Below are positions 54,067-63,350 of a stretch of DNA of 64,000 bases, piece after piece. The DNA comes from an uncultured Acidobacteriaceae bacterium. GTDB taxonomy: Bacteria; Acidobacteriota; Terriglobia; Terriglobales; Acidobacteriaceae. A program made the position numbers and the translations under genes. Positions within the stretch are counted from its first letter, which is position 1; the number at the start of each line of letters is the position of its first letter. The notes beneath the pieces are model-generated. The model had not been told where the DNA came from. It saw only the letters and a program-made list of their open reading frames with translations, and made no database searches. The stretch is from assembly GCA_963715875.1 (NCBI GenBank), contig OY970281.1:1135946-1199945 (forward strand), in the 5' to 3' direction.

Positions 54067-55197
54067 CTAACCCCGCAGCCCCCGATCCAAATCCCCCCAA
54101 AGATCCTCCACATCCTCAATCCCCACGCTGAGCCGCAGCAAAGACGCCGGCAAATGTTCTTGCCCCAAAATCCCCGCCCGCCGCTCGATCGTCGATTCAA
54201 CCGCCCCCAAACTAGTCGCATGCTGGATCAGCTGCACCCTCCCGCACACCGCATCCGCCGCCGCCGCATCGCCACGCACATCGAACGAAATAATGGTCCC
54301 GAATCCCCGCAGCTGCCGTCGCGCCGCCTCATAGGTCGCATGGCTCTTCAGCCCCGGATACCGCGTCACGCTGACATTCGCATGACTCGCCAGCCGTTCT
54401 GCCAGCGTCATCGCATTGCGCTGCGCCCGCTCCAACCTCACTGCCAGCGTTCGCACTCCGCGCACCGCTAGAAAAGTTTCCAGCGTCCCCGGAGTCGCGC
54501 CCATCAGTTCCCTCGACTGCCGCAGCCCAGCCAGCATTTTCGCGTCGCGCACCGTGACCACTCCGCCCAGCAGGTCCGAGTGTCCGCCAATAAACTTCGT
54601 CACCGATTGCACCGCCGCATCCGCCCCCAACGCCAGCGGACGCTGGTTGAGCGGCGTAGCGAACGTATTATCCACGGCCAGGATCGTGCCCTGTTTTCGC
54701 GGTGCCGCACAGATCGTGTCCACGTCCGCCACCGTCAGCAAAGGATTCGACGGCGACTCCAGCCAGATCAAATCGGCCACGCCGCACATCTTGATCCACC
54801 CCGCCGTGTCAGTCACCGCCACGCGCTGCACCGTCCATCGCTGCCGGATCTCGCCCGCTTTCGCCAGGCCTCCAACTCCCTGATAGCAGTCATCCGGCAG
54901 TGCCACCACCGACCCGGCACGCAGTTGATCGAAGATCGCCGCGATTCCCGCCATCCCCGAAGCGAACGACAGCGACGATCCACCCTCAAGCCCGCCAACA
55001 ATTTCTTCGAGCGCCTCCCACCCCGGCGTTCCGTCGTCGCGCGAATATGCACGCTCCTCGCCCAGCACAAAATTCGACGCCGGCCACGGCGGCACATTCA
55101 GCGGAGCCCCCGCCCGTCGATCTCGCCCCGCCGAAACCACCCAAGATTCCACCGCAGCACCGCTTCCGTTGTGACGCATCGTATTGTTCGCTGTCAT
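54067..55197 (-). CDS. Cys/Met-metabolism PLP-dependent enzyme (cystathionine gamma-synthase/lyase family)
   Basis: DNTFATPLNQRPLALGADAAVQSVTKFIGGHSD contains the PLP-Lys motif. Confidence 0.88.
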   Translation of the reverse strand: MTANNTMRHNGSGAAVESWVVSAGRDRRAGAPLNVPPWPASNFVLGEERAYSRDDGTPGWEALEEIVGGLEGGSSLSFASGMAGIAAIFDQLRAGSVVALPDDCYQGVGGLAKAGEIRQRWTVQRVAVTDTAGWIKMCGVADLIWLESPSNPLLTVADVDTICAAPRKQGTILAVDNTFATPLNQRPLALGADAAVQSVTKFIGGHSDLLGGVVTVRDAKMLAGLRQSRELMGATPGTLETFLAVRGVRTLAVRLERAQRNAMTLAERLASHANVSVTRYPGLKSHATYEAARRQLRGFGTIISFDVRGDAAAADAVCGRVQLIQHATSLGAVESTIERRAGILGQEHLPASLLRLSVGIEDVEDLWGDLDRGLRG

Positions 55198-55282
55198 TGC
55201 TAGATTCTATCGAATGGAGGTTCGCCGAAGCCTGCACTACCACGAAAAAGGCTGAGGTAGCTCCGTGGAAACATCCCTAATA

Positions 55283-55373
55283 TTCTGTCGTCCTGAGCGA
55301 AGCTGGAACGACCGAAGGGAGTCCCGGCGCAGTCGAAGAGCCTGCCCCGAGCTTGTCGAGGGGACCCCTACCC
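55283..55373 (+). repeat. Family A repeat, copy 11 (long form with nested module)
   Basis: TTCTGTCGTCCTGAGCGAAGCTGGAACGACCGAAGGGAGTCCCGGCGCAGTCGAAG[AGCCTGCCCCGAGCTTGTCGAGG]GGACCCCTACCC. Confidence 0.8.
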
Positions 55374-55449
55374 GCTCCCCAGACCCGTCCCTCTGAGCTT
55401 CACCTGATCCCAAACAAGAACATGTCGGGACAGCCGCCCCCGGCTGTCC
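55374..55449. repeat. Family C repeat with leader, copy 5
   Basis: ...CCCGTCCCTCTGAGCTTCACCTGATCCCAAACAAGAACATGTCGGGACAGCCGCCCCCGGCTGTCC. Confidence 0.75.
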
Positions 55450-55458
55450 GGGGTTGGC

Positions 55459-55580
55459 TGGGATTTTCAACCTGAGGTGTGCCCAGTCCCAGCCGCAAAG
55501 CGGCGAAAGAATGCAGCCCACCGCGCAAGCGGTGGGTCACGAAAGGAAAACCAAGCAGAGCCCCAGCGGGGCGAAAGAGC
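55459..55580 (+). repeat. Family B repeat, copy 4 (with 5' extension)
   Basis: GGGATTTTCAACCTGAGGTGTGCCCAGTCCCAGCCGCAAAGCGGCGAAAGAATGCAGCCCACCGCGCAAGCGGTGGGTCACGAAAGGAAAACCAAGCAGAGCCCCAGCGGGGCGAAAGAGC. Confidence 0.85.
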
Positions 55581-55669
55581 CACCTGGCGCGCACCGAAAA
55601 GGGTGTCAGACAAAATCTGGCATGCAATAAGTCACGAAATTCGAGGAAACGGCAAGGTTCCAGCCGCGT

Positions 55670-55780
55670 TCACAGCACGTACATCCGAAGCATCCACCAC
55701 ACCAGGAATATCGCGACGATGGCCCCCGCGATGTGAACGATCCAATCACCAATCGTTTTCGGTTTCCCAAAATTGAACAT
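55670..55780 (-). CDS. Possible 36-aa membrane peptide
   Basis: MFNFGKPKTIGDWIVHIAGAIVAIFLVWWMLRMYVL has a single TM segment. The upstream part of the track ORF is encoded by a family D repeat. Confidence 0.25.
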   Translation of the reverse strand: MFNFGKPKTIGDWIVHIAGAIVAIFLVWWMLRMYVL

Positions 55781-55837
55781 GCGCCAATGGTAGCAGCCCC
55801 GCGCAGACCGCAGAAATGTGCCCGTGATCGCCCGCTC

Positions 55838-55878
55838 TACCCCGTGTCCCTCTGTGCCCCCTGTGGTAAAGATTTTTC
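55838..55878 (+). repeat. Family D repeat, copy 8
   Basis: TACCCCGTGTCCCTCTGTGCCCCCTGTGGTAAAGATTTTTC. Confidence 0.75.
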
Positions 55879-55904
55879 CGCCCACCCTGACCTTGGACCG
55901 TAGC

Positions 55905-58472
55905 TTAGTGCTTCAGCACGCAAATGCGTCCTTTGCATCCGGTTTTGGGCGGCGCTGTTGCCTGAGTCGTAACCGCAAACACGTAAGATGTGATGTTCCC
56001 GATTAATCCCTGCGCCGCTCCGGTGGAAGTCGCATCCTGGCCGTCCGTGGCAAAGGCATACAGAATGTGCTGGCCCGCTAATAAGGTTGGCGCCGTGCCG
56101 GTGAAATTGGGCTCCATACCGGACGCGCGCAGCCACGTTCCTTGCCACGTATCGAACTGGTACCACACCGCCTGCGGCGTGGTGTTCGTGGGAGTGAACG
56201 AACTGGCCGCAGTGAAATTAAATGTGGGTGTGGCGCTGGCGGTCACATTGCCGGTTAGCGGAGTAATCACCGTGGTCAGCGGGATCGTCTGCACCTGCTG
56301 TTCCGCGATGACGCTGACAGTTTCGTCACTATAGTTCGTGGCATAGAGCAGGCCTGCCGGTGCGTTGACGGCTATGGCATTGGGGCCCTCTCCTGCCGGA
56401 ATGTAATTAACCGCACTGGTTGCGCCATCGATCACCGCAATAAAATCCCCGTACTGTTTCGATTGGCCGCCCACATAGATCTTGTTAGTGGCAACATTCA
56501 CGTCCACATAGGTGGGTTCCAAAACGCAGCCGTAGTTACAGATGTTGATCGTCGAGGGCGTATTGGTTGCGCCGTTGATGGCTACCAGGCCACCCACCCA
56601 GGTCACCGCATAGATCATGTTGGTCACGGGGTTGACGACCAAGTCGAGAGGATAAGTCTGACTCTCGCTGATCCCAAGAGTGACCGTCGTGGTAACCGAA
56701 TTCGTGGCGCCGTTTATCACGGTAACATTGTCGCTGTCGGAGTTCGCCACGTAAACCATATTGGTCGCCGGATTCACGGCCACCATATAGGGGACCAGCG
56801 CCTTCGGGTCGGTAATCGTCGTGCTCGTGTTGGTGGCTCCGTTGATCACGGTGACGCTCCCGTTGCCAGTACCGTAATAGCAACCAGCGCCACAATCGGC
56901 CACGTAAATTTCATCCGTCACCGGATTCACCGCCAGGGCCACCGGGGCGCTGCCCGTCGCCACGGTTTGTGTCGCAAGCGTTGCGCCGTTTAAGACGGTG
57001 ACGTCGTTGCTGCCGGCGGGGCCGGTGCCACCATAGACGCCGAAGTTGCAGATGTAGATTTTGTTGGTTACAGGATTCACGCCGACGCACGCGGGTCCGA
57101 GTCCGGTTGAGAGCACGGTTTGGGTGTCAAATGTGGCCCCATTGACTATGGAGATATCGTTACTGATATTGTTGGTCACATAGACCATTTCCGTCACCGG
57201 ATTCACGACCGCCGCTACCGGGCCGTATCCTACTCGGAGCGCTGCGTCGTAATACCCGTCAACGTACATCAGTTCGTCGCTGCTGTAGCTGGGCACGTAG
57301 GTCCAACCAGAAGATGGGTCCACCGCCGGGCGCTCCAGCAGTGCGTCGGTGCCGAAGGTTTGTGTTGCATAAGTGGATCCGTCGATGACCGAGACGTTGT
57401 TGCTGCCGAAATTGGCCACGTAGATTTTGTCGGTGATCGGGTTGACAGCCAGCACCCGGACATTCAGCGCGTTTGCGTCCTTTATCGTGGCGGTCACGGT
57501 ATTGGTCGCACCGGCAATCACCGAAACGTTGGAGCTTGTGTTATTCCCTACATAAATCTCGTTGTTCAGCGGATTCACGGCTACACACACGGGGGTAGTC
57601 CCGACCGCGACCGTGGCCGCGACTGCATTGGTCGCGCCGTTGATCACCGTGACATTATTGCTGCCCTCATTGGTCGTGTAGATCATATTGGTCACCGGAT
57701 TGACCGCGATGGCATACGGCGAAGTTCCCGCAACGACCGTAGAAGCCGCATTGGTCGCGCCGTTAATCACCGTTACGTTGGCGCTGCCGGTGTTGGTCAC
57801 ATAGATCATGTTGGTGATGGGGTTGATGGCGACCGCCCAGGGACGCGTCCCGGCGGCGATCGTGGCCGTCACTTTATTGCTGGCGCCATTGATCACCGAC
57901 ACGTTATTGCCGCCGTAGTTCGGCACATAAATCATTCCCGTAACCGGATTGACAGCGACCGCCCAGGGATTCGTCCCCACGTTGATCGTAGCCGTCACCG
58001 CATTGGTCGCGCCGCTGATTACACTGACGGTGTTGCCCGCCGAGTTCACTACGTAGATCATGTCGGTCACGGGGTTGATCGCGATGAACAGCGGGTTCGC
58101 TCCCACCGGCACCGAGGTGGTGATCGCGTTGGTCGCACCGTTTATCACCGTAACCGTGTTACTGCCGTTGTTGGCCACATAAATCGTATTGGTCTCCGGA
58201 TTCACGGCAACGCCCGCCGGAGTGATCCCGACGCTGAGCGTGGCCGCGACCGTGCTGGTGGCGCCATTGATCACCGTGACGGTGTTGCTGAACTCGTTGG
58301 CCTGGTAAATCATGTTGGTGACGGGGTTCACCGCAGAGTACTCGGGAGAGACTCCGACGGCGATTGTGGTAGTAACGAATTGCGCGTACAGAGGATGGAG
58401 CGCGAGCAGACAAACAAAAATGGCTGACAAGAATTTGCCGGGAAACTGGTGCCGTTCGCTGAGCGTTCTCAT
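55905..58472 (-). CDS. YVTN-family beta-propeller repeat protein (855 aa, secreted)
   Basis: There are at least 15 tandem ~40-aa units of the type VGxxPxAVAVNPVTNMIYVxNxGSNNVTVINGATNxV. A GGAG RBS precedes ATG 58472. Confidence 0.9.
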   Translation of the reverse strand: MRTLSERHQFPGKFLSAIFVCLLALHPLYAQFVTTTIAVGVSPEYSAVNPVTNMIYQANEFSNTVTVINGATSTVAATLSVGITPAGVAVNPETNTIYVANNGSNTVTVINGATNAITTSVPVGANPLFIAINPVTDMIYVVNSAGNTVSVISGATNAVTATINVGTNPWAVAVNPVTGMIYVPNYGGNNVSVINGASNKVTATIAAGTRPWAVAINPITNMIYVTNTGSANVTVINGATNAASTVVAGTSPYAIAVNPVTNMIYTTNEGSNNVTVINGATNAVAATVAVGTTPVCVAVNPLNNEIYVGNNTSSNVSVIAGATNTVTATIKDANALNVRVLAVNPITDKIYVANFGSNNVSVIDGSTYATQTFGTDALLERPAVDPSSGWTYVPSYSSDELMYVDGYYDAALRVGYGPVAAVVNPVTEMVYVTNNISNDISIVNGATFDTQTVLSTGLGPACVGVNPVTNKIYICNFGVYGGTGPAGSNDVTVLNGATLATQTVATGSAPVALAVNPVTDEIYVADCGAGCYYGTGNGSVTVINGATNTSTTITDPKALVPYMVAVNPATNMVYVANSDSDNVTVINGATNSVTTTVTLGISESQTYPLDLVVNPVTNMIYAVTWVGGLVAINGATNTPSTINICNYGCVLEPTYVDVNVATNKIYVGGQSKQYGDFIAVIDGATSAVNYIPAGEGPNAIAVNAPAGLLYATNYSDETVSVIAEQQVQTIPLTTVITPLTGNVTASATPTFNFTAASSFTPTNTTPQAVWYQFDTWQGTWLRASGMEPNFTGTAPTLLAGQHILYAFATDGQDATSTGAAQGLIGNITSYVFAVTTQATAPPKTGCKGRICVLKH

Positions 58473-58800
58473 AAGAATCTCCTTTTCCTTTGCCAGAACC
58501 GCGGGCGATACGTTGGAGAGAGACCGGAAAACCCGGCGTGATCCTGCGTTAGGCCGTGGTTCGCATCTGCGATGGGGTTGCGTGGTTGTTGCTCACGTCG
58601 ATTTCGCGCTTCCGGCCTGCGGGGGAATAGATTGCGGGCGAGCGACGGGCGCAGTTCCAGCCCAATAAGATCACAACCACGGTGAACGCGCGGTGACGAC
58701 TGACAGCACGAAAGGTGATATATCGCACTTGGGGACCCTTAGAGCAAATGGGCCCCGCAAGTATTCCGCATGTATTACAGATCTGCAGCCGAAAAGCCCC

Positions 58801-58890
58801 AGCCGCGAAGCGGCGCAAGAATGCAGCCCACCGCGCAAGCGGTGGGTCACGAAAGGAAAATTAAGCAGAGCCCCAGCGGGGCGAAAGACC
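58801..58890 (+). repeat. Family B repeat, copy 5
   Basis: It is almost identical to copy 4 across the core. The trailing CGCTAACGGTGAC(T/C)ACCAT is shared with copy 6. Confidence 0.85.
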
Positions 58891-58983
58891 ACCCCTCACG
58901 CGCTCACGAACGGGCGCTAACGGTGACTACCATTCCTCACATAAAGCAGCCCCGCATTTCTGCGAGGCTGCTTGGAATGATGC

Positions 58984-61900
58984 CTACTTCCCGGTTCCCG
59001 TCAGGCTGACAGTCTGCGGGCTGTTGTTGCCGCTGTCGTTGAGGCTCATCGTCGCCGTGCGTGTGCCTTTGGCTTGCGGAGTAAATGTCACCGAAATCGT
59101 ACACCTCGCCTTGCTGGCGACCGTGCTGCCGCAGGTGTCGGTCTCAGCAAAATCCCCTGGATCAGCACCCGTGAACGTGACACCTGTAAAGCTGAGAGCT
59201 GAAGGCAGTTCGTTGGTTAAGGTTACTTTCTTGGCCAGACTCGTTGTGCCCACAGTCTGTGAGGCAAATGTAAGGCTGGTTGGGGTCCAGGTCACTTGAG
59301 CCTCACCTTTTCCCGTCAACGAAACCGTCTGCGGGCTGCTCAGCGCGCTGTCAGTCAGCGTCAACACGCCACTACGCGTGCCCGTACTCGACGGCGTAAA
59401 ACTGACTTTAATAGTGCACGATTTTCCCGGAGCGATCGACCCCGTGCAAGTATTGGTCTGGGCAAAATCGCCGCCGTTGGCGCCGGAGATCACGATACTC
59501 GTGAAGGTCAGCCCGTAGGTTGTCCCGGTGTTCTTCACGGTCACGCTCTTTGTCGCGCTAGTGGTGTCGATTGCCTGGGTGGCAAAGCTCAAGCTCACCG
59601 GCGTCACGGTTACGGTTGTCCCCGGAGTAGTTCCGGTTCCGCTGAGGTAGGCCACTTGCGGACTGTTCGCCCCGCTATCGCTGATCAGGAGTGCGCCTTC
59701 GAGCAGTCCTGTTTCAGTCGGCGAAAAGTAAACGGTGATGACGCAACTCGTTCCAGCGGCGATACTCGATCCACAGTTGTTGCCCTGCGTAAAGTTGGTG
59801 GTCGCTTCAATCAGGGTAAACGTGATGGCCTGGCCGCCGTTATTGGTCAGCAGCACAGGCTGGCCTGCGCTCGTTGTGCCGACAAGTTGATTGCCAAAGC
59901 TGAGGCTGGTGGGCGATACGCTGACCGCGGCAACATACACCTGCTCGCTGAGCACCGAAGAAGTGCTGCCGAGGTTGTTCGCATCTCCGCTGTAGCTGGC
60001 GGTGATGCTGTGGGAACCAGCGGCCAGCGCCTGCGTGAACCAGGTCGTCTGTCCGTTCGTTCCCACCGAGGTACTACCCACATTCGTGGCCCCGTCAAAG
60101 AACGTCACGGTTCCCGTCGGAGTTCCGGTGCCCGGATAATTCTCGGTTGTGCTTGCGGTGAACTGGATCCACTGCCCCGCGTCAGCGGGGTTGGGGTTTG
60201 AGCTCAGGGTCGTGGCCGTGCTCGCAGGAACGACAGCGAACAAGTAGGCGGCCTTGAAGCCAATCAACTGCTGCTCCACCCCGGTCGAGGTTGAATCCTG
60301 GCCATCGGTGGCGAAGGCGTAGATGACGTGAATGCCCAAGGGCACCCCTGTTAGGGTCGCGCCGAAATACGGCGCTACTCCTGAGGCGCGCAGCCACGGA
60401 CCCTGGAAGCTGTCAAGCTGATACCACACGGCTTGCGGCGTCGGAGCCGTCGGCCCGAAGGAACTGGTCGCGGTGAAGTCGAAAGTGATGGGGCCCTGCA
60501 CCGTCTGGTTGTTGGGCAGGGTCGAAATCGTAGTGGTGAGCGGGATGGCATACACTTGCTGCTCCGCGATCACGTTGACGTTGTCGCTGGCGAGACCGTA
60601 ATTCACCACGTAAATCCTGGGGTACAACGGATTGAATGCCATCTGATAAGGGTTAACGCCCACAGCTATGGTCTCGGTTCCGTTGCTCGCGCCATCAATC
60701 ACGGTGAGGCTGCTGCCGAGTGAGTTGGAGACATAGATCTTGTTGCTCAACGGATTCACCAGCACAGCCCCAGGAATTTGGCCCACGGCGATAGTTTTCG
60801 TCGCATTGGTAACTCCGTTGATGATAGAAACTGTATTGTCCTGCGCGTTCACGACGTAAATGTTGTTGGTTTGCAGGTTCACGGCCACGGCACTGGGATA
60901 TTTCCCGACCGTGATGGTCTGGGTGGCATAGGTCACGCCATTGATCACCGTAACCGTCCCGGCGAATGTATTGGCGACGTAGATCATGTTGGTAAGCGGG
61001 TTCACGGCTAAAGCCGTGGAACCGTATCCAGTCGATATCGTCTGCGTCGCATTGGTGACGCCATCAATCACGGTCACATTGAAGCTGTTCCCGTTAGCGA
61101 CAAAGATCTTGTTGGTGACCGGATTCACGGCCACGGCTATGGGATACGTTCCGGTCGGAATCGTCTGGGTGGTATTCGTCGCGCCATTGATCACGCTGAC
61201 ATTATTGCTCTGGCAATTCGCCACGTAGATCATGTTGGTCAATGGATTGATATCGAGGGCGATGGGACCGGAACCCACATTCACTTCCTGGGTGGCATTG
61301 GTTTCCCCGTCGATCACCGTCACCGTGCTCGCGTTGCCCCCGTTGTAGTTGGGAACATAAATAGTGTTGGTCAGCGGGTTCAAGGCAACCGCGTACGGAG
61401 TTGTGCCCGCAGGCACAGTCTGGGTGGTCAAAGTCACGCCGTTGATGACGGTGACGTTATTGCTATCCTGATTCGGTACGTAGATTGTGTTGGTCTCCGG
61501 ATTCACCGCGACTCCATACGGAACGGATCCCGCAGCCACAGTCTGAGTCGTATTGATCGCGCCATCGATGACGGTGACGTTGTTGCTTCCATGATTGGCG
61601 ACGTAAATTCGGTTGCTTGTGGTGTCGGAAGCGATAGCGTCAGGATTGCTTCCAACAACGGCCGGCATGTTGGTGGTGATATTGGTCACGCCGTCGATTA
61701 CAGTGACGTTGCTGCCGGTGTAATCGGCCACGTAAATCCTGTTTGTCAGCGTGTTGACGGTTACCGAGAGGGGCTCTCCCCCGGTCGCTACCGTCTGAGT
61801 TGCGTTCGTTGCGCCATTAATCACCGTGACAGTGTTGCTGCTCGCATTCGTCACGTAGATCATATTGGTCACCGGGTTCACCGCTACCGCGTACGGATAC

Positions 61901-62622
61901 GTTCCCGTAGTTACGGCTTGGGTCGCGTTGGTCGCGCCATTGATGACCGTGACACTGTTGCTGCCCTTATTTGATACGTAGATCGTATCGGTCACCGGGT
62001 TCACCGCCACCCCGACGGGGCCTGACCCCACGGGTACGGTCTGGGTGGCATTGGTCGCTCCATTGATTGCGGTGACGTTATTGCTGCCATAGTTGGCGAC
62101 GTAGATCATATTAGTCGCCGGGTTCACTGCCACCGCGATGGGGGCTGACCCCGCAGGTACGGTCTGGGTGGCATTGGTCGCTCCATTGATGACTGTGACG
62201 TTATTGCTCTCATAGTTTGTCACGTAAATCATGTTTGTCACTGCATTGACGGCCACGGCGGTGGGATTGCTGCCCGCGCTGACCGTCGTAGTTGCGTTGG
62301 TCGCGCCGTTGATCACGGTCACGGTGCCGCCATCATTGGCTACATAGATGGTGTTGGTCAGGGCGTTTACCGCTACCGCGGCAGGCTCGGTCCCGACCGG
62401 AACCACGGTGGTCGAATTCGTCAGTCCGTTGATCACCGTGACGCTGTTGCCTAGTATGTTGGCGACGTAGATGGTGTTGGTCTCCTGGTTGATGGCTACG
62501 GCGTTGGGACCGGTACCAGCGGGCACCGTGCCTAGTACCGTCTGGCTCGCGGTCACACCGGAAATCACGATGACGAACAAGAACGCGATGAAAAGCTTTT
62601 GTGACTTGGGAAGAGTGCGCAT
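58984..62622 (-). CDS. YVTN beta-propeller repeat protein with C-terminal Ig-like (Big_3-like) and four choice-of-anchor-D/ASH-like domains
   Basis: It has the same YVTN units, followed by VTFFDGATNVGS...SHSITASYSGDANN, and then repeated units of the type LSFGNQLVGTTSAGQPVLLTNNG...C...I.V.F.P...G. An AAGGAG RBS precedes ATG 62622 (MRTLPKSQKLFIAFLFVIVISG). Confidence 0.9.
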   Translation of the reverse strand: MRTLPKSQKLFIAFLFVIVISGVTASQTVLGTVPAGTGPNAVAINQETNTIYVANILGNSVTVINGLTNSTTVVPVGTEPAAVAVNALTNTIYVANDGGTVTVINGATNATTTVSAGSNPTAVAVNAVTNMIYVTNYESNNVTVINGATNATQTVPAGSAPIAVAVNPATNMIYVANYGSNNVTAINGATNATQTVPVGSGPVGVAVNPVTDTIYVSNKGSNSVTVINGATNATQAVTTGTYPYAVAVNPVTNMIYVTNASSNTVTVINGATNATQTVATGGEPLSVTVNTLTNRIYVADYTGSNVTVIDGVTNITTNMPAVVGSNPDAIASDTTSNRIYVANHGSNNVTVIDGAINTTQTVAAGSVPYGVAVNPETNTIYVPNQDSNNVTVINGVTLTTQTVPAGTTPYAVALNPLTNTIYVPNYNGGNASTVTVIDGETNATQEVNVGSGPIALDINPLTNMIYVANCQSNNVSVINGATNTTQTIPTGTYPIAVAVNPVTNKIFVANGNSFNVTVIDGVTNATQTISTGYGSTALAVNPLTNMIYVANTFAGTVTVINGVTYATQTITVGKYPSAVAVNLQTNNIYVVNAQDNTVSIINGVTNATKTIAVGQIPGAVLVNPLSNKIYVSNSLGSSLTVIDGASNGTETIAVGVNPYQMAFNPLYPRIYVVNYGLASDNVNVIAEQQVYAIPLTTTISTLPNNQTVQGPITFDFTATSSFGPTAPTPQAVWYQLDSFQGPWLRASGVAPYFGATLTGVPLGIHVIYAFATDGQDSTSTGVEQQLIGFKAAYLFAVVPASTATTLSSNPNPADAGQWIQFTASTTENYPGTGTPTGTVTFFDGATNVGSTSVGTNGQTTWFTQALAAGSHSITASYSGDANNLGSTSSVLSEQVYVAAVSVSPTSLSFGNQLVGTTSAGQPVLLTNNGGQAITFTLIEATTNFTQGNNCGSSIAAGTSCVITVYFSPTETGLLEGALLISDSGANSPQVAYLSGTGTTPGTTVTVTPVSLSFATQAIDTTSATKSVTVKNTGTTYGLTFTSIVISGANGGDFAQTNTCTGSIAPGKSCTIKVSFTPSSTGTRSGVLTLTDSALSSPQTVSLTGKGEAQVTWTPTSLTFASQTVGTTSLAKKVTLTNELPSALSFTGVTFTGADPGDFAETDTCGSTVASKARCTISVTFTPQAKGTRTATMSLNDSGNNSPQTVSLTGTGK

Positions 62623-62892
62623 GACAGTCTCCTTTACGCCTGTTCGATGGGCTTGGAGGAAGGGCCTTTCCGGAAGCAATTGCGGGACGGCTACGGGGGA
62701 CGGCAAGTCGTGTGCTTCCCTACAGCCCGATGTAACCCAGGAATCAGAGCGTTCTGCCTCAGGGCAGGGTCGCGTTCCATGGCAGGAAAGTGCTCTTACG
62801 AGGAGGCGCCTCAATATAGTCCAAAAGCGCGAAGAAGTCGGTGACCTGAGTCACCTAACGACGTGGGGGCTGGCCCACCTTTGCCGTAACAG

Positions 62893-62962
62893 CCACAACC
62901 GAGGATGCCCCACCTTTGCGTCCTTTGCAAAAGCCTGCCCTGAGCTTGCCGAAGGGGTGGGC
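62893..62962 (+). repeat. Family H-related unit with nested module
   Basis: CCACAACCGAGGATGCCCCACCTTTGCGTCCTTTGCAAA[AGCCTGCCCTGAGCTTGCCGAAGG]GGTGGGC. Confidence 0.6.
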
Positions 62963-63028
62963 CGCGATGCCGCCGTTAGCGAAAGGATTTTGATCCTGAC
63001 GCATAATGAAGAATGCGGGGAAGAATGC

Positions 63029-63190
63029 GGGGACAGACGGGGCTGGCACTATCTCCTTACTGTCCTACACCTCGAAGGTAAGGTGATTCTGCGGGATATC
63101 CGCGGCGCAAGCGCAGAGGGAAAATTCCTCCCGCAGAGCGGTCGTGCTCCCACATCGGGAAAAAACAATCGTGCCAGTCCCGTCTGTCCC
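63029..63190. repeat. 162-nt element bounded by ~20-nt inverted repeats
   Basis: GGGGACAGACGGGGCTGGCAC (63029-49) pairs with GTGCCAGTCCCGTCTGTCCC (63171-90). The interior has further hairpins (CCTTAC...GTAAGG; CTGCGGGA...TCCCGCAG). Confidence 0.6.
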
Positions 63191-63231
63191 TGCATGTATT
63201 CGTCCTGCGGTCGAACAAACACCCAGCCCAC

Positions 63232-63320
63232 AGCCGCGAAGCGGCGCAAGAATGCAGCCCACCGCGCAAGCGGTGGGTCACGATAGCAAAATCAAGCAGA
63301 GCCCCAACGGGGCGAAAGAG
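63232..63320 (+). repeat. Family B repeat, copy 6
   Basis: AGCCGCGAAGCGGCGCAAGAATGCAGCCCACCGCGCAAGCGGTGGGTCACGATAGCAAAATCAAGCAGAGCCCCAACGGGGCGAAAGAGC. Confidence 0.85.
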
Positions 63321-63350
63321 CAGCGCTAACGGTGACCACCATCTCTAAAG

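Noticed and set aside
55198-55282. Possible SAM-type riboswitch upstream of the Cys/Met PLP enzyme gene
   Set aside because: The leader is only ~85 nt, and I could not recognise any SAM-I, SAM-II or SAM/SAH consensus elements.
55905-62622. Regular ~120-bp periodicity that could be mistaken for a CRISPR-like or satellite array
   Set aside because: The period is the coding YVTN repeat. There are no unique spacers, the units are in one long ORF with a signal peptide, and no cas genes are present.
55905-62622. Very dense N-x-S/T sequons (INGATNAT, SNNVTV) as evidence of N-glycosylation
   Set aside because: The sequons follow directly from the N/T/S-rich YVTN consensus. No oligosaccharyltransferase is in the window, so this is not supportable from sequence alone.
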